A stretch of DNA of 64,000 nucleotides, from positions 64,001 through 128,000 of the IMG/VR virus record IMGVR_UViG_3300005098_000017. One strand, given 5' to 3'. Origin of the DNA: a virus. The notes beneath the pieces are model-generated. The model was not told where the DNA came from, ran no database searches, and was given only the letters and a program-made list of their open reading frames with translations. Shown piece after piece: positions 18,986 through 27,622 of the stretch (position 1 is the first letter of the stretch; each line of letters opens with the position of its first letter). Position numbers and translations under genes: made by a program.

Positions 18986-19598
18986 GCTTGCGCGGGCTTA
19001 TGATGAAACAATCCAGCGTGTCTGGGATACATTTTTCCCCGGTGTTGATATCGATTTTGTCGTTGGTATGAGGGATGCTGCATCTGTTGCCAAGCTACCT
19101 ATCAAAAAATGTACCCCGGCGTGTCCATTGTATGATCAGTGTGAGGTAAGGAAGAAGTATTCGCCCTCATATTGCCCTATGGAGTTTGTTAAGTTCTTTG
19201 AGCAGTTGACTAACATGGCAAAGGAGCTTGATATTGATCCTGATAATGTAGTTGAGGCATCGCGTGTATTGGATTACCAGCTATTATCTCTTATACAGGA
19301 TGCGATATTGGAAAAAATACAGCATAATGGAATAAGTCAGTATGTGCCTGTTGTATCGGGGGAGGGTGTTATAGCGGAGGTTGAGGAGGTATCACCGTTT
19401 GTGAAGACGCTTATGGAGATTGCGAAATTGAAGGGTAAGATATTGGAGGAATTTTTAGCAACGCGTCAGTCGAAGAAAAAATTTGGTGAGGGCGAGGATA
19501 GTGATCCCGCGCGTTACTTATCAGGTTTACCTATTGTTGATGCGGAGGTTGAGGATGTAGATACTGAGAAGAAGGATGATGATAAAAAAGCAGATTAA
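18954..19598 (+). CDS. Putative terminase small subunit with a Cys cluster
   Basis: Upstream of terL; C-x3-C-x5-C...C; SPFVKTL...EFLATRQSK resembles a P27-type TerS C-terminus. Confidence 0.45.
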   Translation: MSTTKKTNSDKLARAYDETIQRVWDTFFPGVDIDFVVGMRDAASVAKLPIKKCTPACPLYDQCEVRKKYSPSYCPMEFVKFFEQLTNMAKELDIDPDNVVEASRVLDYQLLSLIQDAILEKIQHNGISQYVPVVSGEGVIAEVEEVSPFVKTLMEIAKLKGKILEEFLATRQSKKKFGEGEDSDPARYLSGLPIVDAEVEDVDTEKKDDDKKAD

Positions 19599-20103
19599 AA
19601 TATTAGAGGGACTTGCTAAGTCAGGTAAAGAATTCGTGAGGCATTTTGGACAGTTCTTGCGTGGTTCACATAATTTAGAGCCGCTGATTGAGTTACCCGC
19701 GAAGACATTTAGGAAGCCGCCGCCTCTCCTTCTGTTCAAGAGATCAGCGGGTTTAATAGAAACAAACATCGTTAAACCTAAGTTGGTAAGATCTACGGTA
19801 AGGCGGTTGGAATATGCTATGACACAAGATGTAATTAAGCGGATGCGGCAGAAGCTTAATTATAAGTTTTTGAAGAATAAGGTCGTACCGTTGACCAAAA
19901 ATGTAAGAAGGGCGCGGCTTCGTACATCTTATAAGCTTATGAGACCCAAACCGACAGGCAGGCATATACGTGATGTGATGTCTATACAAGGTGCAGGTAT
20001 TGCTTGGGAGAATTTACATAAGCAGTCTTTAAATAAATTAGAGGTAACAAGGATAGGTTTTAGACCGAGGGTCAGGAAGCAATGGATAGGTTCGATCAGT
20101 TAA
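19576..20103 (+). CDS. Very basic hypothetical protein
   Basis: 175 aa, R/K-rich. Confidence 0.7.
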   Translation: MMIKKQIKILEGLAKSGKEFVRHFGQFLRGSHNLEPLIELPAKTFRKPPPLLLFKRSAGLIETNIVKPKLVRSTVRRLEYAMTQDVIKRMRQKLNYKFLKNKVVPLTKNVRRARLRTSYKLMRPKPTGRHIRDVMSIQGAGIAWENLHKQSLNKLEVTRIGFRPRVRKQWIGSIS

Positions 20104-20864
20104 ATTTATATGCGCAGCAGACTGATGAGTATTTCCTTCCCGAAGATAAATATAGACCATTGCCATGGAGGGTTGCTGCTAGTTATGTAGGTCTTATCAA
20201 ATCACCTTTTACGGCAAGTATTGGTATTGGTAAGGCCTATGCTACCTTAGCAGGCACATCAATCTTATATCATTATGTGTATCGTCCCAAGATATGGCGT
20301 ACTGCTGTTAAGACAGGAGAACTTAAGTGGGTTGGTTTCCCGGGCTTCAGAGGATTTGCGCAGGGTCCACGTGGTGGGGTGATGCGCAAGACAGGTCACT
20401 GGTTGTTTGGGCAGATGTTGAGACCTGTATTGAAGACGCAGGCTTATGATCTGTATAGGAAGCGCGGCTTAATGGGTGTTGCCATGTATATGAAGCAGGC
20501 TGGTAAGCCGGGTCTAGCGAGAAAGATTTATAAGGTTGCTCGTGTTTTGGGTGGTGGCAGCATCAAGGTTGGACGTGTTGCTGCAAGCTTGGGTCGTACT
20601 GCTGCTTGGGGTATGCTTGCGTATGATGTTGTTCGTGGTGGTATAGCACTAGCAGGGGCGGCTATGAACCGCGGGCTTCGCATTCTGGATAGAGTGCATA
20701 CTACATTAGTGCGTCTCAGGAGAAATCAATTACCGGAGGCCTATAGGATGCCTCAAGCGGCAACACTAAGGTCGTTGGCATTACAAGAGATTCATACATC
20801 ACGTACTAATGTAAGAAGTGTTTTACTGGGTAATGAGGCAGCTTATATGCATAGGGCATTATGA
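20082..20864 (+). CDS. Basic Gly/Ala-rich protein with hydrophobic segments
   Basis: 260 aa. Confidence 0.7.
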   Translation: MDRFDQLNLYAQQTDEYFLPEDKYRPLPWRVAASYVGLIKSPFTASIGIGKAYATLAGTSILYHYVYRPKIWRTAVKTGELKWVGFPGFRGFAQGPRGGVMRKTGHWLFGQMLRPVLKTQAYDLYRKRGLMGVAMYMKQAGKPGLARKIYKVARVLGGGSIKVGRVAASLGRTAAWGMLAYDVVRGGIALAGAAMNRGLRILDRVHTTLVRLRRNQLPEAYRMPQAATLRSLALQEIHTSRTNVRSVLLGNEAAYMHRAL

Positions 20865-21208
20865 GAGCATTACGTAGATTAAGGGAAATATATAATAGGC
20901 CGCAGATAGCACCACGGAATGTTTACCATTTTGTTGATCCTTTAGCTCGTGTCAAACGGTTACGGTTGTGGAGGGGTCGATTAGTTAACAGTCAAGGCAA
21001 AAAGGTTGTTAACAAGATTTTGCCGTCTATAAAGCGCAGGAGGCCGCGGGCTTCAATGGCATTGAGTCGTAAATTACTAAAATTAACCAAACGCAGCTGG
21101 ATTGGATCGCGGCTTAGTCATTTTATGGTCTCAAAGGGGCGGCTTCGTAAGTGGGTTGGTGTATTAAATATATTGAAGGATGCTATAAGAATTAGGATGG
21201 TAGCATGA
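20861..21208 (+). CDS. Extremely basic (Arg-rich) small protein
   Basis: 115 aa with only a few acidic residues. Confidence 0.65.
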   Translation: MRALRRLREIYNRPQIAPRNVYHFVDPLARVKRLRLWRGRLVNSQGKKVVNKILPSIKRRRPRASMALSRKLLKLTKRSWIGSRLSHFMVSKGRLRKWVGVLNILKDAIRIRMVA

Positions 21209-21930
21209 CAACTCAGATAATAAAAAGTTTACGCTCCCAAGTTTTTATACCGCCGTCGTTGCAGGAAATGGAGCATATTGCTACACGTATGCGACATTTT
21301 ACACAGTTGAAGCAGGCACGTAGCGCGTTCCAGCGGGCGTGGAGTTTCGCACGCAAGACTGGTTTAGGAGCTGAGTATATTGCATCAGCGCGTCCATATA
21401 TTTTAGGTAAGTATTGGAAAGCTGTAACTGGAATATCAGGTGGTTATAAAGGTAAGGTATGGGCTGAAGAGGTTTTTAAAACGCTGAGTACGCACTATGC
21501 TAGGTTTACAAGGGCGCCGTTGACTACAACTGTGGGTGTGCGTCAGGGACTGCGTACACCATTACTTGTATCGGAGTCGATTTTAGGTAAGCGAGTTATA
21601 TCATTGAAATCTGTTGCTGGTGCTGCAGCGGCTTCCCGTGCTGCTGCACAGGCTGGTGCTACAGGTGCTGCGAAGGGAGTAACAAATAGGATAATGAGGA
21701 ATCGTTTATTGAAGCGTATTGCTCAGGGAACGTTTAAATTTGCACAGAGCAAAACGGGTGCTTTTACAGCTGCTGTGCTCGGCGGGCTTATAGCATTAAC
21801 AATTGCTGGTGCAAGTTATGTAAGAAGGAATCCATCAGAGGTTGCTTTGGCCCAGCTTAGGCAGCGTAGGGCCACACGTTATCCAAGGGCGCCTTCTGGT
21901 TTGGTCTTTGCACTACATGCAACAAGATAA
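21205..21930 (+). CDS. Basic Ala-rich protein with a C-terminal TM segment
   Basis: 241 aa; AFTAAVLGGLIALTIAGA. Confidence 0.7.
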   Translation: MTTQIIKSLRSQVFIPPSLQEMEHIATRMRHFTQLKQARSAFQRAWSFARKTGLGAEYIASARPYILGKYWKAVTGISGGYKGKVWAEEVFKTLSTHYARFTRAPLTTTVGVRQGLRTPLLVSESILGKRVISLKSVAGAAAASRAAAQAGATGAAKGVTNRIMRNRLLKRIAQGTFKFAQSKTGAFTAAVLGGLIALTIAGASYVRRNPSEVALAQLRQRRATRYPRAPSGLVFALHATR

Positions 21931-21931
21931 T

Positions 21932-24388
21932 ATGGAAGGGAAAAGGTTATCATTAAAAGAGCTGAGTGCTGATGAACTTTTGCGCATACGCAAATCCGCT
22001 TCTTACTTTGTTGAATTATTCCTGCGTGATCCAACCGATCCGCGCCGGCCTCTAAAACTCTACGATTACCAGCGTGAGGTTTTGGATTATCCCGGTAAGA
22101 AGGTTGTTATAAGAGGCGGCCGTGGTGTCAGCAAAACAACAATGATGGCATGGAAGGCATTACACCGTGCCTTCACAATACCAAGGCATGTTATTATTTA
22201 TTTAGCACAATCGGAGACGATGCTGCTCAGATTTTTTACTGATTACCTTGACCGCTTCATTACAGATTCACCTCTAAGTAAATCGAAGGTTGCCTACCGC
22301 AAGCAGCCTCAGTATGAGATTGTATTGAGTAATGAGTCAAAAATTTTGGGGTTTGTTGGTAATTCTACGCAGACAATCAGAGGCCCGCGGGCTGGTACCA
22401 TTCTTATTGATGAATGTTTTCACGGTATGACGAAGGTCTTAACACAGCGCGGGCTTATTCCCATCAGTCGTGTTAGGGATGGTGATTATGTTCTTGATGC
22501 TGATAGCAAATGGGTGCGTGTTATCCGCGCTGCGATGACGGGTGTTAAAGAAATGTGGGTTATTGAGCTACCTATATCAGATGAAAAATTGGTTGTTACA
22601 CCTGATCACCCTGTTTTAACAAAGGATTCAGGGTTTCAGCCTCTTAATACGGTTGATGAGATACCGATTAGCTGTCGTTATTATGAGCCTTTTGAGTATC
22701 CTAAGGAAGCGGCGCTGGCGCTTATTTATGCACGATATATAAGCGAGCGTGAATCACTTGTATTTAATAATGAAGGTGTGCGGCTTATTATGTCTGGTTA
22801 TCCCAGATTCCGCACATTTTATGAGCGTTTCACGGCGGGCAGACATATTAATCCTGTGCTTATTGAGAAGGATTTTATAGACGGAAAAATTGATCAGCGT
22901 CTTTTTGTATATTATCTAGCTGCATTTGTTAATAGATTTCCTAAGATTGTCATCGATTATCTGACGGGGTTGGGTTATAAGGTTATAGCGGGTTCGCTGG
23001 CTAGTGATGATGTACCTAGATATGAAAAGGAGATAGGTTTTCCATTTTTTGAGTCAGGATGGTCAACGATTGTAAAATTAGCTGATAAGTTGAACCGTGA
23101 TCCTGTTGAGTTATATAAGGAGATGAATTGGTACAATACAGGCATATTTGTTCCTTATAAGAAGAAATCTACCATTAAGGCGGCGGCTTATAACCTTACT
23201 ACCGAATCGGGGACTTATTGTGTCTTTATTGGTGGATTCCGCATTCCTGTTCACAATTGTGATTATATACCTGAGCGTAAGTTTGTAGAGGTATTTGGTA
23301 CAACAATGTCAATGGAGGATGTTGTTATATGGTTATCATCCACACCCAGTCCTAAGAGAGGTTACTTTTGGCGTGCATGTAATGATGAACGCATGGGATT
23401 CAAGGAGTTTCATTTACCAAGTTGGTTGCATCCGACATGGACGTGGATGAAGGATGCTGAGAGATTGGGCATACCTATCGAAGAGACAACAGAGTATCAA
23501 ACTCGTGTTGAGTTTCCTAATCAAGCTGACTGGTTGCGTGAAATAGCCGCTGAGTTTGTTGATCTTGAGGAGAGCGCTATACCATCAAAATATATAGATG
23601 AAGCATTCCAGCATTATGACGGTGAGGTGAGCAGGAAGCGCGGCTTCCGCATCCTTGGTATCGATTGGAATGCGATGGCAGCAGGGGTTGTTATGGTGTT
23701 AGTAGAATACGATAATAAAAATAATGTATTTAGGGTTATCCATTCAGAAACGATTTCTAATGTTGAATATCATCACCAGAAGGCATTGCAACGTATTGTT
23801 GAGATGGTTAAACAATATCGCATTGATGCTATTGCAGCTGATTGGGGTTATGGAGAAAGTGATATACAGCAGCTCCAGCTTATTGGTAGAGCTAAAGGGA
23901 TTCGCGCGCTTACTGACATTATGGCCGTAAAGTTTAATGAGAAGATAAAAATACCGCTTTTCTCTGGTGGTTATGATGAATGTTATGCTAAGGAATACCT
24001 TATGCGGTTGGTCAGGAAGTTATTTGAGATGGGTGCTATCATGCTGCCTCCATCGGAGGATGAAAGGTTGCCTGAAAATTACGCTGATGCTACGAATATG
24101 TTGGGATACCAGTTGCGTAATTTGCGTGCTAAGGTAACAGGGACTGGTCACCTTACCTATGTTGTTGAACCAGACCATAAATTTGCTGCATTTTTAGCTG
24201 CTGTCTATGGGTTTTATAGAACATTCCAACCACGTATAGACCCGGTGCAGGGGCTTATTATTTATAATGATTTAGAACGGCAAGAACAGAAGTTGGATCA
24301 TGTTCCTAGTATAACATTACAGCCGAAGAAGACACAGCGGTTTGTCCATAGAGTTACAAATAGGTATAAGCCAATAAGAACTGTATGA
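21932..24388 (+). CDS. terL: Terminase large subunit, intein-containing
   Basis: LYDYQ, Walker A RGGRGVSKTT, Walker B ILIDE, SSTP coupling motif, nuclease LGIDWN, AADWGYG, PDHKFAA; probable start ATG 21932. Confidence 0.93.
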   Translation: MEGKRLSLKELSADELLRIRKSASYFVELFLRDPTDPRRPLKLYDYQREVLDYPGKKVVIRGGRGVSKTTMMAWKALHRAFTIPRHVIIYLAQSETMLLRFFTDYLDRFITDSPLSKSKVAYRKQPQYEIVLSNESKILGFVGNSTQTIRGPRAGTILIDECFHGMTKVLTQRGLIPISRVRDGDYVLDADSKWVRVIRAAMTGVKEMWVIELPISDEKLVVTPDHPVLTKDSGFQPLNTVDEIPISCRYYEPFEYPKEAALALIYARYISERESLVFNNEGVRLIMSGYPRFRTFYERFTAGRHINPVLIEKDFIDGKIDQRLFVYYLAAFVNRFPKIVIDYLTGLGYKVIAGSLASDDVPRYEKEIGFPFFESGWSTIVKLADKLNRDPVELYKEMNWYNTGIFVPYKKKSTIKAAAYNLTTESGTYCVFIGGFRIPVHNCDYIPERKFVEVFGTTMSMEDVVIWLSSTPSPKRGYFWRACNDERMGFKEFHLPSWLHPTWTWMKDAERLGIPIEETTEYQTRVEFPNQADWLREIAAEFVDLEESAIPSKYIDEAFQHYDGEVSRKRGFRILGIDWNAMAAGVVMVLVEYDNKNNVFRVIHSETISNVEYHHQKALQRIVEMVKQYRIDAIAADWGYGESDIQQLQLIGRAKGIRALTDIMAVKFNEKIKIPLFSGGYDECYAKEYLMRLVRKLFEMGAIMLPPSEDERLPENYADATNMLGYQLRNLRAKVTGTGHLTYVVEPDHKFAAFLAAVYGFYRTFQPRIDPVQGLIIYNDLERQEQKLDHVPSITLQPKKTQRFVHRVTNRYKPIRTV
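22415..23257 (+). mobile_element. Intein in terL (281 aa), inserted right after Walker B DE
   Basis: Starts CFHGMTKV, block B VTPDHPVL, block F AYNLTTE, ends PVHN followed by Cys+1. Confidence 0.93.
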
Positions 24389-25776
24389 AAATATATGTAA
24401 GTAACATAAGTGAGGATGATGTTATATCTTATGAGGGGCGGCGCAACCGTGTGCTTGTAGTTTATGAAGGTGGCCGCAAGGATGTTGTCTATGCTGAGTG
24501 TGGTAATGGATTCATTGATGTTGATACTGATAGGCGTGATATAAAGAAGATCAAGGGTGTGTTAAAGGGCGGGCGCTTAATTGACATTGATGTCCATGCA
24601 GACATGTTTGATTTTATACCTGATGTTGTAGAAAAACCCACCAGAGAGCGCAGACCTGCTGAACCCTTAAGGGTTGAGACACCAGAAACGCTGACGCCCG
24701 AGAAGGAGGAAGAACTAAAATTAGAAATGTTGGGGATTCTTACCAGCATTATCACTGGTTTACAGTATGCGCATAATTTGAAGACGTTAAATGAGGTTGA
24801 AAAAGTATTGGATGAGAAGCTTGCCAATTTATGCGTTAAATTTGACCCATCAGAGCGTCCTATGCTAGTTAAATCGTTGGCTTTTGTTCGCGGGTGTAAG
24901 GAAAATCAGGTTGGTAATTGCGCTTATGTTGAGGATTTTAATAGAGCAATGAATATTATTAATGCCGCGCCTATATTATTAACAGGTACGAACCCTTTAT
25001 TAATACCTGCTAGTGAAAAGGTTCCTCGTTATAAACTACCGGCGGGGCTTCCTCCGAACATCATAGCACGTAAGGATTTTTATAGGCAGTTAACAGTTGA
25101 CAGAGATGTATCGACGAGTGCTATTGAGGATTTAAGGAGCGTTCAGCTTATTGATGTATGGCGTATTATGATCCTTAAGGCTAGTATTGAGTTTTTGAAA
25201 TTATTGCGTAGCATATTTAGTGTTCTAAGCAAGGTACCGGGGTTAAAAGCGATTCCTCGTACGCTTGATCGATGGATTGAGGATTTAGGTAAACAGTTAT
25301 CGCATTATGTGGATCCTCAAGGTAATGTGTATGTAGGTAATGAAGGATATACCCCGCCATTATCTGTAATACTGGATGAAGAAACTGATTATAGTGATGA
25401 GGATATAGACGATGCAGTAAGTGAATATGAACAATTTAAGGGTGAGCTTAACAAGGGTGTTGCGGGTATAGGTGGTGTTGAATCTTCTAATGCCTTAACA
25501 TATGCTAATACCATTATTAAATTTTTTGCAGCTGAGTTCCCCAAGCAGTATCCTGATAAGATGCATTTGTTAACAGCAAAGTATTATTTACCGCAAGCCA
25601 AGGATAAGGTTATGGCGGCAATTGGTACTGATTGGATGCACTTATGTACCCCTGAGAGGAAGGCTATAATGCGTGAGATTGAAGCGGATCCGCGGCTTAA
25701 CTTTTACTGGGGTACTCTTATTAACCGTTTGGAATCCGAGGAAGGTGTTCATTGGGTGATGGGAGAGAATGGCTAA
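24385..25776 (+). CDS. Hypothetical protein (463 aa) between terL and portal
   Basis: ORF track; overlapping start and stop codons. Confidence 0.75.
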   Translation: MKIYVSNISEDDVISYEGRRNRVLVVYEGGRKDVVYAECGNGFIDVDTDRRDIKKIKGVLKGGRLIDIDVHADMFDFIPDVVEKPTRERRPAEPLRVETPETLTPEKEEELKLEMLGILTSIITGLQYAHNLKTLNEVEKVLDEKLANLCVKFDPSERPMLVKSLAFVRGCKENQVGNCAYVEDFNRAMNIINAAPILLTGTNPLLIPASEKVPRYKLPAGLPPNIIARKDFYRQLTVDRDVSTSAIEDLRSVQLIDVWRIMILKASIEFLKLLRSIFSVLSKVPGLKAIPRTLDRWIEDLGKQLSHYVDPQGNVYVGNEGYTPPLSVILDEETDYSDEDIDDAVSEYEQFKGELNKGVAGIGGVESSNALTYANTIIKFFAAEFPKQYPDKMHLLTAKYYLPQAKDKVMAAIGTDWMHLCTPERKAIMREIEADPRLNFYWGTLINRLESEEGVHWVMGENG

Positions 25777-27622
25777 ACTTAGTGAAATATTAGCGGATGT
25801 TGAGGGCTATGTTTCGTCTCATTACCCTGAATACATGAATTTTATAAATGATAGATCTGTTGAATATGCTAGGGTATCTGAGTCTGAAAGAGATCGTTGG
25901 TGGAATTTTTGGTATAGTGCGATACGTTCATCTACTGAGTATGTATGCGAGAGTATTTGGCGGGATGCTGAAAATGATGTAGGGTTAACGTATGTTATTT
26001 TTGTACGGGATGTTGTTGTAGATTTATTAGAGGAACGATTTAGGGGTAATGATGTGTATATAAACTCGATAATAACCGATATAGCTGGTGAATCATCATA
26101 TATTTATGCTGTGAGGGAGGGTACGGCTGGTGAAGATGAGCGTGGTAGCGAGGATGAGGCAGAAGAAGGTGATATACAATCTAAGATTTTAAATCTGATT
26201 GAGTCAGTAGATTGGCGGGCGCTTAGCGTTGCTTATGAAGAGGATAAAGGATTTCATCTACGTGCGTTGGGTACTTATCATCTTGAGATGTTATCCCGTC
26301 CTGATACATTTATAAATCAAGTGTGGAAAGAATACCGTTCATGGGCAAGAGAGAATGGTTTATCACTAGATGTTACGCATACCAATATTAGGGCATTTTT
26401 GGCGGCTAGGTGGGGGCTTCATTATCCAACAGATGCAGATGTAAAGGTTGATGAAGGGCGTATGGTTACGGTTACGGTTGCCCGTCCCGGTGAACCTTTT
26501 GCAATAGGTCTTGGGTTTGATGATTCATGGAATATTATAAAGGAGGATATGCAGCACATATGGAATTCGTTTGTTAGACGTTATGATGTCCTCAAATCAT
26601 TTGATTGGAAAACCTATTTTATGAAGCAAGTGCAGGATATCGTTGATCATTTTGTTCATATAATTGATGTTGATCCTATTTATATGGCATGTTGTCTTTT
26701 GGATACGGGTTTAACATTGGAGAGATATCTGAATCCAAGGCTTCTAGGAGCTATAGGACGTATTCTTGAGATCTTGACATACTCGCCTTATATAGGATTG
26801 TCATTTGGGTTTGATTTCATGAAGGCAATAAATGCTACATTAAGTTTCATGATACGATCCGGTTGGATAATATTTTTGAAATTTACTGTTTTTAATGCTG
26901 TTTCCAGCATTTGGTATAAGATTGATAGATTTTTGTATGAGTTGGGGACTTGTATTACAGGGCCGGGCATAAATAGGGATTGGTGTAAGGGTTGGATGGC
27001 TTTTTTGAGGTGTGTCCCGCTTATGGATTTTTTGTATTTCCTATATAATAAGCTTACAGGTATAAAGAATAGTATACTAGCATTTTATTTTAACTTATTA
27101 GATGATTTGAAATTTCGGGAATGGCATTTTTTGGAACATTTAAGGGGTATAACACGCAATGCTATTAATATTAACATAATTAATAATTGGCGTACTTATT
27201 TTAATAAATTATTAACAATAGCTGATGCATTAGCATTGTGTATATCATCAGCTGATGTGCAGGATTACAAGGGTCGGTTCAGACAATATAGAGAGCCTAT
27301 TATACCACCGCCGGGTGGTATACCGGAGGATGAAGAGCATATCCATACGTCGGGACGTATACCTAGTGAGCACCATGATGTTGCCAGACAGAGGAGTCGG
27401 CGTTCATCATTTTATTATAGTCCTGTTGGTATAAGCGCTGATGATATGGTAAATATGCCTGTAGACAGCGTTATTGCTACAGTTGTACCAAATGAATTGT
27501 ATAGAAGACTTGTGGAATGGTATAATTTTGTGCAAGAACACGTTCATACAGAAAGTAAGGATGAATGTGATCGCCGGTTGATAACCGGCTTGTTTAAGCT
27601 AATGGAGGACTTGTATGAATAG
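25769..27622 (+). CDS. Hypothetical protein (617 aa) with hydrophobic helices
   Basis: ORF track. Confidence 0.75.
   Translation: MAKLSEILADVEGYVSSHYPEYMNFINDRSVEYARVSESERDRWWNFWYSAIRSSTEYVCESIWRDAENDVGLTYVIFVRDVVVDLLEERFRGNDVYINSIITDIAGESSYIYAVREGTAGEDERGSEDEAEEGDIQSKILNLIESVDWRALSVAYEEDKGFHLRALGTYHLEMLSRPDTFINQVWKEYRSWARENGLSLDVTHTNIRAFLAARWGLHYPTDADVKVDEGRMVTVTVARPGEPFAIGLGFDDSWNIIKEDMQHIWNSFVRRYDVLKSFDWKTYFMKQVQDIVDHFVHIIDVDPIYMACCLLDTGLTLERYLNPRLLGAIGRILEILTYSPYIGLSFGFDFMKAINATLSFMIRSGWIIFLKFTVFNAVSSIWYKIDRFLYELGTCITGPGINRDWCKGWMAFLRCVPLMDFLYFLYNKLTGIKNSILAFYFNLLDDLKFREWHFLEHLRGITRNAININIINNWRTYFNKLLTIADALALCISSADVQDYKGRFRQYREPIIPPPGGIPEDEEHIHTSGRIPSEHHDVARQRSRRSSFYYSPVGISADDMVNMPVDSVIATVVPNELYRRLVEWYNFVQEHVHTESKDECDRRLITGLFKLMEDLYE

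Noticed and set aside
21842-21931. TTG start for terL given by the track
   Set aside because: Overlaps the upstream gene by about 90 nt; the ATG at 21932 directly after the upstream stop is more plausible
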